Of a DNA stretch of 64,000 nt, positions 48,300 through 63,626 are shown one piece after another. Both the position numbers and the translations under genes were made by a program. Position 1 is the first letter of the stretch, and every line of letters starts with the position of its first letter. The notes under the pieces were generated by a model, which was not told the DNA's origin, made no database searches, and saw only the letters and a program-made list of their open reading frames with translations. Source of the stretch: an uncultured Candidatus Binatia bacterium (GTDB taxonomy: Bacteria; Desulfobacterota; Binatia; UBA9968; JAJDTQ01); contig OZ243916.1 in the NCBI GenBank assembly GCA_965213675.1, positions 2,080,001 through 2,144,000 of the forward strand, in the 5' to 3' direction.

Positions 48300-49479
48300 C
48301 GGCCTCGCATTGAGCGGCGTGCGCGTCATGGCCTTCGAGCAGGTGCTCGCCGGCCCCTTCGGCACCGGCCTGCTGGGAGAGATGGGGGCCGAGGTCATCA
48401 AGATCGAGCGCCCGGGCGTGGGCGACCTGATCCGCCACTGGGACACCGCCGTGAAGGGCCTGTCCTCCGGCTACGTGTGGCTCAACCGCAACAAGCGGAG
48501 CCTCACGGTGGACGTCAAGAAGCCGGAGGGCCTGGAGGTCCTGCACAAGCTCGCCGAAACTACCGACGTCTTCTTCGAGAACTACGCCCCGGGAGTGGCC
48601 GAGCGCGTGGGGCTGGGCTGGGAGACCCTCCACGAATTGAACCCGCGGCTCATCTATTGCTCGCTTTCGGGCTACGGCCAGGACGGCCCCTATCGCGACG
48701 TCAAGGCCTACGACCTGCTCATCCAAGGGGAGGCCGGCATCATCGCCACCACTGGCTATCCCGACAAGCCCGCCCGGGCCGGCGTGTCCGTTTCCGACAT
48801 CGCCTCCGGCATGTACGCGGCCTTGGCCATTGTGCTGGCTTTGTTCCAGCGGGAGAAAACCGGTGAGGGGCAAGTCATCGACATCTCCATGTTCGAGAGC
48901 ATTCTCTCCTGGCTCGGCTACTTCCCGCACCACTACTGGCACCGGGGCGAGGAGCCCGACCGGGTGGGCATGCGCCACCACTACGTCACCCCCTACGGAC
49001 CCTACATGGCCGGGGACGGCGAGTACGTGAACCTCGCCGTGGCCACGCCCAAGGACTGGGAGGCCTTCTGCCTCAAGGTGATGGAAAACAAATCGCTGAT
49101 GGAAGACCCTCGGTTCGCCACGGTGGAGGCCCGCAGGGAGAACCGCGCCGCGCTGGAGGAAACCATTGAGCAGCTCTTCCTGGAGCACGGCCACGAGACT
49201 TGGCTCCAGCGCCTGCAGACAGCCGAACTGCCCAACGGCAAGGTCCGGGGCATCGCCCAGGTGCTCGCCCATCCCCAGGCGGCCGCCCGCAAGATGGTCC
49301 GGGAAGTGGACTCCCCCGTGGGCAAGGTGCCGGTCATCGGCAGCCCGCTCAACCTGTCCGGCAGCCCGGCCCGCTACGGCCCCATCCCCGAGCTCGGCGA
49401 CGCCACCGACTCAATCCTGCAAGAGCTCGGCTACGACGCCGAGGGCATCGCGCGATTGCACCGGGACAAGGCGGTCTGA
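48289..49479 (+). CDS. Class III CoA transferase (CaiB/BaiF)
   Basis: LAGPF, GAEVIKIE, NRNKRS, SGYGQDGP and AYDLLIQ (catalytic Asp) motifs. Confidence 0.94.
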   Translation: MGNSGLALSGVRVMAFEQVLAGPFGTGLLGEMGAEVIKIERPGVGDLIRHWDTAVKGLSSGYVWLNRNKRSLTVDVKKPEGLEVLHKLAETTDVFFENYAPGVAERVGLGWETLHELNPRLIYCSLSGYGQDGPYRDVKAYDLLIQGEAGIIATTGYPDKPARAGVSVSDIASGMYAALAIVLALFQREKTGEGQVIDISMFESILSWLGYFPHHYWHRGEEPDRVGMRHHYVTPYGPYMAGDGEYVNLAVATPKDWEAFCLKVMENKSLMEDPRFATVEARRENRAALEETIEQLFLEHGHETWLQRLQTAELPNGKVRGIAQVLAHPQAAARKMVREVDSPVGKVPVIGSPLNLSGSPARYGPIPELGDATDSILQELGYDAEGIARLHRDKAV

Positions 49480-49510
49480 GTCTCCGCCGACATCATTGCC
49501 GCCTTCCGCC

Positions 49511-49561
49511 GTCATTCCCGCGAAAGCTTGCCCTCGACCCCGGTCGGGGGCGGCAATCCAG
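49511..49561. repeat. Long-form REP unit
   Basis: GTCATTCCCGCGAAAGCTTGCCCTCGACCCCGGTCGGGGGCGGCAATCCAG. Confidence 0.85.
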
Positions 49562-49725
49562 GGGTGACGGGCGGCGTCCCGATCGAGTCCGGGAAGGCTT
49601 CGCCGCTGATTTGGCAAGCCGCACCGGTTACGGTAGAAAGAGGAGTTTCAAGGCCCCGCGGCATCCATCCGCCTGCGTCCTTCCGGGCCGCCCGAAACCG
49701 ACAAATCCATATCAAGGAGCCTGGC

Positions 49726-52419
<2,694 letters not shown>

Positions 52420-52524
52420 CCCGGTCTCCAGCGCCCCGGCCCGCGTCTCCGCGCGCGGGCCGTCGGCGCGCCTCCGGAAACACCCCGCAAACGGTATCCG
52501 AGAGAGGCCACGACTCCCCGAAGC

Positions 52525-52575
52525 GTCATTCCCGCAAAAGCTTGTCCTCGGCCCTGATCGAGGACGGGAATCCAG
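52525..52575. repeat. Long-form REP unit (variant loop)
   Basis: GTCATTCCCGCAAAAGCTTGTCCTCGGCCCTGATCGAGGACGGGAATCCAG. Confidence 0.82.
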
Positions 52576-52614
52576 GTGGGGCGAGGCGGCGGAACCCCGC
52601 CCAGTCTAAACCTC

Positions 52615-53517
52615 ATGAAGCCGATTGTCCGTACTCTCACAGTTGTGACCGCTGGCGTGATGCTGTTTGCCGCGACCGTGGATGCGCAACGGACGGGGCG
52701 CCGGCAGGCCCGCTACCACACCGCCACCGAAAGAGCCCCGGTGACCTTGGTGCCCGCGAACGAGACCGCCGGTTCTCCGCGAGCGTCCATCGAGGTGTCC
52801 GGCGCCACTCGGACGATCCGTTCCAACGGCATCCCGGCGCACGCGGTGGGAGCCTTCCCGAACCGCGGCAACCCCCACACGATCAGCCCGCAAGACTACG
52901 GGTTCACCGTCACCACCGAACCGGCGCCGGCAGGGAAAACCACCGCGTCGCGTCGCTGGCTTTGGGGCGTGGCCGTCAACGGCGTTCCGTTCGAGGCCGG
53001 CACCGCGGAATACTGGCATGGCGAGCGCCGGGGCCCCTGGAACTACGACGCCCTCGGGGGCGCCGTCCGGCTCGGGCTGGATTCCAACCACGCCCACGTC
53101 CAACGGACCGGCGCCTACCATTATCACGCGCTGCCCACGGGCCTTCTGCGGCAACTGGGCTGGAGCGCGGATGCTCACTCGCCCCTGATCGGCTGGGCAG
53201 CGGACGGCTTTCCCATCTATGCAATCACCGGCGACCTGGGCAACGGCATACAGAGGGTCCGCGCTTCCTACCGGCTGAAATCCGCCGCGCGCCCCGGCGG
53301 GGATGAACCGGACGGCACCCATGACGGGGCCTTCGTGCAGGACTGGCAATACGTCGCCGGCAGCGGCGACCTGGATGAATGCAACGGCGCCGTGACCCGG
53401 TCCGCCGAGTTCCCGGACGGCTCCTACGCCTACTTCATCACCGAAGGCTATCCCTTCGTCGCCCGCTGTTGGAAAGGGACGCCCGACCCCAGCTTCCAGA
53501 AGCGCCGGCGAAGGTGA
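52615..53517 (+). CDS. Secreted YHYH-domain protein
   Basis: Signal peptide; SNGIP.H, GVAVNGVP, AHVQ..GAYHYH, DGFPIY and DLDECNG motifs. Confidence 0.9.
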   Translation: MKPIVRTLTVVTAGVMLFAATVDAQRTGRRQARYHTATERAPVTLVPANETAGSPRASIEVSGATRTIRSNGIPAHAVGAFPNRGNPHTISPQDYGFTVTTEPAPAGKTTASRRWLWGVAVNGVPFEAGTAEYWHGERRGPWNYDALGGAVRLGLDSNHAHVQRTGAYHYHALPTGLLRQLGWSADAHSPLIGWAADGFPIYAITGDLGNGIQRVRASYRLKSAARPGGDEPDGTHDGAFVQDWQYVAGSGDLDECNGAVTRSAEFPDGSYAYFITEGYPFVARCWKGTPDPSFQKRRRR

Positions 53518-53527
53518 AGCCCGCGGA

Positions 53528-54403
53528 TCAGGGCGCCGTTCCACTCGTCACGATCAGCACCAGGCCCAGTGTCATGCTTGCCGCAGCCGGCAGGCGGACC
53601 CTGGCGCCTCTCTCGCCCAGCAGACGTATCCCCATGAGCGAACCGATCAGGATGCTGACCTCGCGCGCGGGCGCGATGTGGCTCACCGGGGTGATCTGCA
53701 AGGCTGTCAGCACGAGGATGTAGGCCAGGGGATTCAACAATGCCACGCCCAGGGCCTCGCGCCGATGGTCCAGCCATGCGGTGCGCAACTCGCGCCGGCG
53801 GCGCATGGCGACCCCCGCCAGCAAGATGGCGCGGCCGCAGTTGGTGCCCCAGTCGAGCAGCAACGGCGCGATGGCCATGCCGGTGACCGCGTTCTTGTCC
53901 CAAAGTGTATAGCTTGCGATCACCACTCCGGTGGCCAAGCCGTACAACACCGCCGCTCGTGACGACCCCCTGGCGCGGGACCACACGGCCCCGCCGCTCA
54001 GCAGGAAAACCCCCAGGACGATGAACATGCCGCCAACGAGAACCCCGGCCCCGGGACGCTCCCCCAGAATCAGCATCGCGCCGATGACGGCCAGAAAAGG
54101 CCCGGTGCCCCGCGCCAGCGGATAGACCACCGACAGGTCGCCGGCGCGGTAGCCGCGCTGGAGGACGCCATAGTAGAGCGTGTGCAGCAGGCTGCTGCCG
54201 GCGATCACCGCGACCACCTCGGCGCCCACGGCAACGGCGCGATACCAAGTCCACACCAGCACCGCGGGCAGGTACAGGACCACGGACAGCACGGCGAACA
54301 GCCACTGGAACACTGGCCCGCCCTCGGCTCGCTTGAGCAGGAGGTTCCAGGTGGCGTGGATGAAGGCGGCCGCCAGGAGGAGGGTCAGAGCGAAAAGGGT
54401 CAC
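53528..54403 (-). CDS. EamA/DMT family transporter
   Basis: HATWNLLLK, GDLSVVYPLARG and AREVS motifs; about 10 TM segments. Confidence 0.92.
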   Translation of the reverse strand: MTLFALTLLLAAAFIHATWNLLLKRAEGGPVFQWLFAVLSVVLYLPAVLVWTWYRAVAVGAEVVAVIAGSSLLHTLYYGVLQRGYRAGDLSVVYPLARGTGPFLAVIGAMLILGERPGAGVLVGGMFIVLGVFLLSGGAVWSRARGSSRAAVLYGLATGVVIASYTLWDKNAVTGMAIAPLLLDWGTNCGRAILLAGVAMRRRRELRTAWLDHRREALGVALLNPLAYILVLTALQITPVSHIAPAREVSILIGSLMGIRLLGERGARVRLPAAASMTLGLVLIVTSGTAP

Positions 54404-54415
54404 GGTCTCTACTGA

Positions 54416-54580
54416 CTAGGGTTGCGTTCCGCCAATACGTTGACAAATCCGCTTGTCCTTTCTGCCGTCGGCTGCGTTGCTCTTCCGCGCGTGGCACACG
54501 CCACTGCTCGTCATCGCGCCTTGCCGACAACAAAAATTCCTGCGCATCTTCGTCAACGTATTGGCGGAACGCAACCCTAG
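54416..54580 (-). mobile_element. Family A element with perfect 25-bp TIR
   Basis: CTAG flanks; 157 bp; GGTTGCGTTCCGCCAATACGTTGAC / GTCAACGTATTGGCGGAACGCAACC. Confidence 0.9.
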
Positions 54581-54615
54581 ACCTGCTCCGGCCCTTCTGG
54601 CAAGAAGGTGGGGCC

Positions 54616-55782
54616 ATGGGGGAGGAACAGCTTTCGGTCCGCATCGTCCGCCGCATCAACGAGGTGCCGCGAGAGGCGTGGGACTCGCTGCTGCGGGACG
54701 GCTCGCCGTTCATGCGCTGGGACTGGCTGGACTGCCTGGAGGAAACGGGCTGCGTCTGTGACAAAACCGGCTGGGCGCCGCACCACCTCGTAGTCGAACG
54801 GGGCAAGGAGCTCCTCGGCGCCTGCCCCATGTACCTGAAGTCCCACAGCATGGGGGAGTTCGTCTTCGACCACCAGTGGGCCGGCTACGCCATGCAGGCG
54901 GGCATCGAGTACTATCCCAAGATACTCGTGGGCGTGCCCTTCACGCCGGTGGTAGGGTCGCGCTTCCTCACCGCTCCCGGGATCGACCGCCGGAGCGTCA
55001 TCGCCATCCTGGGCCGGGCGCTGGTAGAAATCTGCGGCGGCAACGAGTTGTCGTCCATCCACATCAACTTCTGCGACCAGGAAGAGATGGAGGCGCTGGA
55101 GGACCTGGACTACATCCCGAAGATCGGGCTCCAGTTCCACTGGCAGAACCGGAACTACGGCACGTTCGACGACTACCTGGGAGCGTTCCGCAGCGGTCGG
55201 CGCAACAAGATCAAGCACGAGCGGCGGGAACTGGAAAAACAGGGAATCCTCGTCCGCGCTCTGCCCTACGACGACATAACCCCGGACATCCAGCGCACCC
55301 TGTTCGAGCTGTACAAGCACCACATCGACCGCCTCTACTACGGCCACCAATACCTGAACGGCCGCTTCTTCGACGAACTGCTGAAGCGGCCCTACCCGTT
55401 CCTCTGCCCCATCGTCGCCCAACGCGACGGCCGCATCATCGCCGGCACCTTCAACATCCGCGGCCCCGACACCCTCTACGGCCGCTACTGGGGCGCCTTC
55501 GAGGACCACCGCTACCTGCACTTCAACGTCTGCTACTACGCCGCCATCGAGCACTGCATCGACGAATCGCTGGTCCGCTTCGAGGCCGGCGCCGGCGGCA
55601 GCTTCAAGAACCTCCGTGGACTTGAGCCCGCCAAGACCTACAGCGCCCACTACATCCGCGACAAACGCTTCCGGCAGGCGCTGGAGCGCTACCTGCAGGA
55701 AGAACGCTCCGAGACCCTGGCGCGGCAGGAGTATCTGCTGGATGGAAGCCCGCTGAAGAAGGGGGAGGGGTCAGGGGCATAG
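54616..55782 (+). CDS. DUF482 / FemAB-like GNAT-fold protein
   Basis: YLKSHSMGEFVFD..WA, YYPK..VPFTPV.G.R, LYGRYWG, LHF.VCYY.AIE and FEAGAGG motifs. Confidence 0.9.
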   Translation: MGEEQLSVRIVRRINEVPREAWDSLLRDGSPFMRWDWLDCLEETGCVCDKTGWAPHHLVVERGKELLGACPMYLKSHSMGEFVFDHQWAGYAMQAGIEYYPKILVGVPFTPVVGSRFLTAPGIDRRSVIAILGRALVEICGGNELSSIHINFCDQEEMEALEDLDYIPKIGLQFHWQNRNYGTFDDYLGAFRSGRRNKIKHERRELEKQGILVRALPYDDITPDIQRTLFELYKHHIDRLYYGHQYLNGRFFDELLKRPYPFLCPIVAQRDGRIIAGTFNIRGPDTLYGRYWGAFEDHRYLHFNVCYYAAIEHCIDESLVRFEAGAGGSFKNLRGLEPAKTYSAHYIRDKRFRQALERYLQEERSETLARQEYLLDGSPLKKGEGSGA

Positions 55783-55821
55783 TCCCAGCTACACTGGGAG
55801 ACAAACGACTCAGTCTCAAAC

Positions 55822-55869
55822 TTGGTCAATGGGCAATGACTAAATTTAGTCAATGGGTAATGACTAAAT
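55822..55869. repeat. AT-rich 24-bp tandem duplication between convergent genes
   Basis: TTGGTCAATGGGCAATGACTAAAT followed by TTAGTCAATGGGTAATGACTAAAT. Confidence 0.8.
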
Positions 55870-55891
55870 CTCCCACTCACTTGGCCCGCCG

Positions 55892-58135
<2,244 letters not shown>

Positions 58136-58136
58136 G

Positions 58137-58451
58137 TCATTCCTCTTCGATGGAGCACTTGAGCGGATATTCGTACTGCCGCGCCAGGCCCTCCACGGTC
58201 TTCACCTTGGTCTCCGCCACCTCGTAGGGATAGACCCCGGCCACGCCGATGCCGTTCCGGTGCACGTGCAGCATGATCTGCACCGCCTCGGTATTGTCCT
58301 TGTTGAAGACGTACTCCAGGATCTGCACCACGAACTCCCGGGTGGTGTAGTCGTCGTTGTGCAGCAGCACCTTGAAAAGCGACGGCCGCTTCAGCTTCTT
58401 CCTGGTTTCGACGGCTACGTCGCGATCCACATCGTATTCGCGCCTGCTCAT
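58137..58451 (-). CDS. clpS: Clp protease adaptor ClpS
   Basis: KVLLHNDDYT..FV, IMLHVH..G and EVAETK motifs. Confidence 0.96.
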   Translation of the reverse strand: MSRREYDVDRDVAVETRKKLKRPSLFKVLLHNDDYTTREFVVQILEYVFNKDNTEAVQIMLHVHRNGIGVAGVYPYEVAETKVKTVEGLARQYEYPLKCSIEEE

Positions 58452-58483
58452 GGAGGCCCTCCTGAAGTATCAACCAGACGCCC

Positions 58484-58512
58484 ATGTTAGTACGCGCCGG
58501 GCGAGGGTTCAA
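58484..58512 (-). promoter_or_regulatory. Putative promoter of clpS-clpA
   Basis: TTGAAC, 17 nt, TAACAT on the minus strand. Confidence 0.45.
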
Positions 58513-58547
58513 TGTCCAGGTCGAAAACGCAGGCCAACTCCACGACA

Positions 58548-58712
58548 CCAGGAGCCTGCGTCGCAGGAACTTGCGAACGCGAAAATTCGCCATCGCCGTC
58601 CCTTCGGCCGGTGGATTGAGGAGAATATCAGGTCAAATTTGATGAAATCGAGCGGCCGAAGGGCCGGATGAGCCCTTGAGCCTCACGAGCCGTTTTCAAG
58701 GTATCGATGCGT
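58548..58712 (+). mobile_element. Possible eroded family B-like element
   Basis: Starts CCAG-GAGCCTG; stem CCCTTCGGCCG/CGGCCGAAGGG encloses GGATTGAGGAGAATAT...TTTGATGAAATC, resembling the family B core. Right end uncertain. Confidence 0.4.
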
Positions 58713-58827
58713 TGATCAAGTAGGCAGGTCGTCACGATCCATTAAAACAGATCATGGGCTGGAAATTCATGTCAAGACCTATCGAACCGGCGTACCCGCT
58801 TGCCGAACCGCTGTTGTGCGATTCCGC

Positions 58828-59232
58828 TCACGCCTTCTCCCAGCGCGGCACCGTGTCCCGGTACGGTATGCCGTCACCGAAGAGCGTGCGGCCGCCCAAG
58901 GGGAAGTCCTTCGGCGGGACCCCGCCCATGATGAGGAAAACCACGTCGTACGTCGAGTCATTGCCGATGGCGCGCTTGACCTCCGGGCTCACGCGGATGA
59001 TCGTCCCCTCGGGCATGGGAATGCGAACGCCGTCAAGGATGATGGTCCCCTCGCCCTGGAGGGTCATGAACACCTCCTCCTGCACCTCGTGCTGGTGCAC
59101 GTACTCCGCGCCCTGGCCCGGCTTGATACGCACGAGGCCGAAGCCGACGCCCGTGCAATCGAGCTTGCGCGCGAGAAACTCCTTGTCCTTTACGTCCTTC
59201 AAGGGCATGGACATCTGGTTGTACTTGGCCAT
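58828..59232 (-). CDS. Cupin domain protein
   Basis: HQHEVQEEVF..LQGEG and IRVSPEVKRAIGN motifs; AAGGAGG RBS. Confidence 0.88.
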   Translation of the reverse strand: MAKYNQMSMPLKDVKDKEFLARKLDCTGVGFGLVRIKPGQGAEYVHQHEVQEEVFMTLQGEGTIILDGVRIPMPEGTIIRVSPEVKRAIGNDSTYDVVFLIMGGVPPKDFPLGGRTLFGDGIPYRDTVPRWEKA

Positions 59233-59260
59233 GGCAACCTCCTTGAAAACAGACCCGACC

Positions 59261-59284
59261 CATCCCGCGAAAGCGGGAATCCAG
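59261..59284. repeat. REP unit
   Basis: CATCCCGCGAAAGCGGGAATCCAG. Confidence 0.75.
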
Positions 59285-59379
59285 GGATGGTGACGCGGAA
59301 ATGACGATTCGCCGAGCGCCTGCCCTGGGACGCTTCGACAGACCCTGGTCCCCCGGCATCCCGGCTCTGGAGACCCCGG

Positions 59380-61053
59380 CTACCGCGTGACCGCACCCTC
59401 CGACGCCGAGGACACCAGCCGGGCGTACTTGGCCATGACCCCGCTGGCGTAGCGCGGCGCCGGCGCCTGCCATTCGCGCAGCCGCTTGGCCATCTCTTCC
59501 GCCGGAATCTCCAGGTCCAGGCGCCGGGCATCGACGTCGAAGGTGATGGTGTCGCCGTCCCGCACCGCGGCAATGGGACCGCCCCGCGCCGCCTCGGGGG
59601 CTACGTGGCCCGCCATGAGGCCGTGGGTGGCGCCGGAGAAGCGGCCGTCGGTGAGGAGCGCCACGGACTCGCCCAGGCCCGCGCCCACCAAGGCCGCGGT
59701 GACCCCCAGCATCTCGCGCATGCCGGGTCCGCCCATGGGCCCCTCGTAGCGGATCACCACCACGTCGCCCGCCTGGATCTCGCCCTGCTGCACCGCCTTG
59801 AAGGAGTCCTCCTCGCGGTTGAACACCCGCGCCGGCCCACTGTGGCGCGTGCGCCCGTGGCCCGCCACCTTGACCACGCAGCCCTCGGGGGCGAGGTTGC
59901 CCTTGAGAATCACCAGCCCGCCGGTGGGCTTCAGCGGCTCGGACACCGCCCGCACCACTTCCTGCCCGGGCGTCTCTTCGGCGGACCCCACCTCCTCGGC
60001 GAGGGTGCGGCCGGTGACGGTCAAACAGCCGCCGTGGAGCTTGCCGGCGTCCAGCAACCGGCGCGCCACCAGCGGAATGCCGCCAGCCCGGTATAGGTCG
60101 TTGGCCACGAAGCGGCCGCCGGGCTTCAGGTCCGCGATCAGCGGAGTGTTGGAGCTGATGCGGTCGAAGTCGTCGATGCGCAGGTCCACCTCCGCCTCCC
60201 GCGCCACCCCGAGCAGGTGCAGCACGCCGTTGGTGGAGCCGCCGGTGGCCGCGATGGACGCCACCGCGTTCTCCAGCGCCTCGCGGGTGATGACCTGGCG
60301 CGCGGTGAGGTTCTTGCGCACCAGTTCCATGACCATCTCACCGACCCGGTAGGCGACGTCGTCCTTGCTGTCGTCCATGGCGGGCACACTGGCGCTGCCG
60401 ATGGGCGAGATCCCCAGGATCTCGAAGGCCGTGGCCATGGTGTTGGCGGTGAACTGGCCGCCGCACGCCCCGGGCCCCGGACAGGCGTTGCTCTCCAGGT
60501 CCAGCAACTCGGCGTCGGTCATCTTGTTGGCGGCATGGGCGCCCACCCCTTCGAACACGTCCTGGATGGTGACGTCGCGTCCCTGGAAACGGCCTGGCAT
60601 GATCGACCCGCCGTAGAGCATCAGCGACGGCAGGTCCAGCCGCGCCAGCGCCATCACCGTGCCTGGGATGGTCTTGTCGCAGCCCGAAAGCGCTACCACC
60701 GCGTCGAACAGGTGCCCGCGGGTCACCAACTCGATGGAGTCGGCGATGACCTCGCGGCTGATGAGCGACGCCTTCATCCCCTCGGTGCCCATGGAGATGC
60801 CGTCGGACACCGCCACGGTATTGAACTCGATGGGCGTGCCGCCGGCCGCGCGCACCCCTTCCTTCACCTTGGCCGAGAGCCGGCGCAGGTGGAGGTTGCA
60901 CGGCATCACCTCGATCCAGGTGTTGGCGATGCCCACCAGCGGCTTGTTGAGATCGTCATCCGTCAGCCCCACCGCCTTGAGCATGGCGCGGGACGGCGCC
61001 CGGTCAGGTCCCTGGGTGATGGTCCGGCTGTGCCGGTTGAGTGGTTCGGCCAT
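59380..61053 (-). CDS. ilvD: Dihydroxy-acid dehydratase
   Basis: [33 protein letters not shown] and TDGRFSG motifs; ATG at 61053 with AAGGAG. Confidence 0.96.
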   Translation of the reverse strand: MAEPLNRHSRTITQGPDRAPSRAMLKAVGLTDDDLNKPLVGIANTWIEVMPCNLHLRRLSAKVKEGVRAAGGTPIEFNTVAVSDGISMGTEGMKASLISREVIADSIELVTRGHLFDAVVALSGCDKTIPGTVMALARLDLPSLMLYGGSIMPGRFQGRDVTIQDVFEGVGAHAANKMTDAELLDLESNACPGPGACGGQFTANTMATAFEILGISPIGSASVPAMDDSKDDVAYRVGEMVMELVRKNLTARQVITREALENAVASIAATGGSTNGVLHLLGVAREAEVDLRIDDFDRISSNTPLIADLKPGGRFVANDLYRAGGIPLVARRLLDAGKLHGGCLTVTGRTLAEEVGSAEETPGQEVVRAVSEPLKPTGGLVILKGNLAPEGCVVKVAGHGRTRHSGPARVFNREEDSFKAVQQGEIQAGDVVVIRYEGPMGGPGMREMLGVTAALVGAGLGESVALLTDGRFSGATHGLMAGHVAPEAARGGPIAAVRDGDTITFDVDARRLDLEIPAEEMAKRLREWQAPAPRYASGVMAKYARLVSSASEGAVTR

Positions 61054-61196
61054 GGTTCGTTCTGCTCCTTCCCTGCAATTCCTGGAAGCCCGCGCTACGG
61101 TGGTCCCGGCAAGGGCGACCGCACCCTTCTCCCTGCCGATCCCGGATACACACGTTACGGCCGATTCCCGCAGGGGCGGCCGCGCCCTTGCCGCGG

Positions 61197-62237
61197 CTAC
61201 GAGTCGCTGACTCGGTCGGACTCCTGGTCGTCCAGCCACATGAGCCGGGCCGGGTTGTCCTTGAGCATGATGGAGATCTGCTCCTTGGTGATGCCGAAGC
61301 CCAGCAACGCGCGGATGAACACGCGCATGCCGTCCACGGCGTTCAGGTGCAGCACCTGGCCGAAGTCGCTGCCGATGATGCAGCGTTCGGGGCCGATCTC
61401 GGCAATGGTCTTGACCGTCTCCATGGGGTCGGCCACCGGCTGGTACAGGCTCGGGATCATGGGCTGGCAGTAGGTGCCCACGTACACGCCCAGGTCCGCC
61501 AGTTCCTTCATCTCGTCCAGCAACAGCTTGTTGAGCTCCAGCAGCGGGTGGTCCAGGGTGGCGCGCACGCCCAGTTCCCTTGCCTTCTGGCACAGCGGCA
61601 GCAGCTCCTGAAAGTCGGTATGGCCGAAGCCGATGCCCACCTTTTTCTCCACCGCCATTTTCATGATCTCCACCACCTCCGGCAACACCTCGCCCTCCTC
61701 GCTCACCAGCCGTACGCCGCCCTTCTCCGGGTGGCCGGCGCTGCGCCAGAACCCGAACGAGGTGAAGGTCGGGAACCAGATCATCTTGGCGTTGGGGTAC
61801 TGGAGCGCGATGCGCACGTACTCCGGGTTCATGCCGTAGCACATGCCGCAGCCGCCGTAGACCTCCACCCGGTGCTCCAGCTCCCCCGTCTCCACAAGGT
61901 GGTCGATGTGGCGCTGCACCACGTAGCAGGCGTTGGCGCTGACGTTCCAGTGGTCCTTGAAGGCCAGCGCGCGCATGCCCGCCTTTGAGGCGTCGATGGC
62001 GATCTGGATCATGTCCTGGGAGCGGTGCACGAAGTCGGGATAGGCGTGGATGTGGCAATCGATGGCGTTCTCAAGCAACTCGTCCTCGATGCCGGGATAA
62101 ATCTTGAGCATCTCGGGGTTGTCCTTGAGCATCTGGTAGAAATAGTCCTTGGCATTGAGCTGACGGACGCGTTCCACGGTGAGGGTACGGCCCACCAGGA
62201 TGCCGGCGGCCTCGGCGTCTGCTGCGAAATCACACAT
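61197..62237 (-). CDS. DUF6282-like amidohydrolase/TIM-barrel metalloprotein
   Basis: IDCHIH..PD..RS.D, FKDH, WFPT, GH, DHP and SDFGQ motifs. Confidence 0.82.
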   Translation of the reverse strand: MCDFAADAEAAGILVGRTLTVERVRQLNAKDYFYQMLKDNPEMLKIYPGIEDELLENAIDCHIHAYPDFVHRSQDMIQIAIDASKAGMRALAFKDHWNVSANACYVVQRHIDHLVETGELEHRVEVYGGCGMCYGMNPEYVRIALQYPNAKMIWFPTFTSFGFWRSAGHPEKGGVRLVSEEGEVLPEVVEIMKMAVEKKVGIGFGHTDFQELLPLCQKARELGVRATLDHPLLELNKLLLDEMKELADLGVYVGTYCQPMIPSLYQPVADPMETVKTIAEIGPERCIIGSDFGQVLHLNAVDGMRVFIRALLGFGITKEQISIMLKDNPARLMWLDDQESDRVSDS

Positions 62238-62371
62238 GCTTTTCCTCGCTTTCCAGTAGTTGAATGAATTTGCCCCGGACCCTGGGAACTTGCGCCGCAA
62301 GCTCCTGGCCCCGCTCACGCACACACGCGCGTGTGTCGTCCGTGCGGCACTCCCCGACCGCCAGCCCGACC

Positions 62372-62534
62372 CTGGGAGCCTGTCGGGTTTATCAAGAATC
62401 TGCTGCGAGGCAGCGAAATGGGTCCAGTTCCGGTTGGATTTTCGTCCAATATTACCAATATTCTCCTCAAATCCACCCGAAACTGGCCTTTCTCTGCCGC
62501 TCGCTACGATTCGATAATCCCGACAGGCTCCTGG
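62372..62534 (-). mobile_element. Family B element, copy 3
   Basis: CTGG direct repeats; 155 bp; TIR GAGCCTGTCGGG/CCCGACAGGCTC. Confidence 0.88.
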
Positions 62535-62542
62535 ACACGGCC

Positions 62543-63544
62543 TCAGCCGGACGCCTTTTCCCAGGCGGCAATGAAGCGCGCCGCGTCTTCGGCGGCAGGC
62601 TCGCTTACCGGCACGTAGGGCACCACCATCCGCGTCACGCCGGCCTCGACGTAGGGCGCGAGCCGGTCCTTGATCTCTTCCACCGAGGTGGCCGGGATCA
62701 CCGGCAGCCGGTCCATGTAGTCATCGGTGAGAGCGCCCATGGCGGCCTTGAAGCCGCCGCTCCGGAACCTCTCCTGCACCGCGTCCACCTCCGCCACGAA
62801 ACCCTGCTCGCGCAGCATGGCGCTGTAGTGGTCGGCGATGTTGTAGAAGGTCAGCGCCTGACGCAACTTCGAACGCGCCACCTCGCGGTCGGGGTTGAGG
62901 GACACGCGAACCTTGCCGATGACGTCCACCGGGCCGCGCCCCACCGCGTTGGCGGCGGCCCGGGTGCGCTCGGCGATCTCGCGGATCTTGTCCGCCGTGG
63001 CCATGTTGATGAAGACGCCGTCCGAGATCCTTCCCGCCAACCGCGTCATCTGCGGCCCCAGGCCGGCCAGAAAGACCGGCACGCGGGGGTGGCGCGGCTT
63101 CCACGAAAGCTGGAAGCGCTTGCCGGTGCCGTAGATCTCCCCGTCGTACTCGACGCGCTCCCCCGCGGCGACCTTGCGCACGATTTCCATGTATTCGCGC
63201 GCGCGCCGCAACGGGCGGTCGAAGACTCCGCCATGCCACGCCGCAATAGCCTTGTTGGCCACGCCGAGCCCCAGCAGCACACGCCCGCCCGACAGGTCCT
63301 GCAAGGTCGCCGCCTGCACCCCCAGCGTCACCGGACTGCGGCCGTAAATGTGATAAATCGCGGTCCCCAGCTTGATGGTGCTCGTGCGGCTCGCCGCCGC
63401 CGAGATCAGCACCATGGGATCGGTGCTGTTGGACTCGCCCTTCCAGAACGCGCCGAAGCCCGCCTGTTCCGCCCGCTCCACCAGGTCCACCACGTCCGCC
63501 GCCGGATAGTGCGCCGCGGAATTGATTTCAATGTCGTATATCAC
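62543..63544 (-). CDS. LLM-class flavin/F420-dependent oxidoreductase
   Basis: AEQAGF..W.GE, T.TIKLGTAI, LSGGRVLLGLG and AGLGPQM..LAG..DG motifs. Confidence 0.9.
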   Translation of the reverse strand: MIYDIEINSAAHYPAADVVDLVERAEQAGFGAFWKGESNSTDPMVLISAAASRTSTIKLGTAIYHIYGRSPVTLGVQAATLQDLSGGRVLLGLGVANKAIAAWHGGVFDRPLRRAREYMEIVRKVAAGERVEYDGEIYGTGKRFQLSWKPRHPRVPVFLAGLGPQMTRLAGRISDGVFINMATADKIREIAERTRAAANAVGRGPVDVIGKVRVSLNPDREVARSKLRQALTFYNIADHYSAMLREQGFVAEVDAVQERFRSGGFKAAMGALTDDYMDRLPVIPATSVEEIKDRLAPYVEAGVTRMVVPYVPVSEPAAEDAARFIAAWEKASG

Positions 63545-63626
63545 GAGCCTCCCTCGCCTTGGTTGTTGCAGCGCCCTTCGAAATGGTTCACGGCAGGCGA
63601 AGCGAAGTCGAAGGACGCCATGCCTG

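Noticed and set aside
58675-58700. CTTGAG...TTCAAG as a HAIR/CIRCE heat-shock operator upstream of clpS
   Set aside because: Spacing and sequence do not match either consensus.
59380-62058. 892-aa ORF suggesting an N-terminally fused IlvD
   Set aside because: The extension is an alternative frame over the DUF6282-like gene; ilvD has its own RBS and ATG at 61053.
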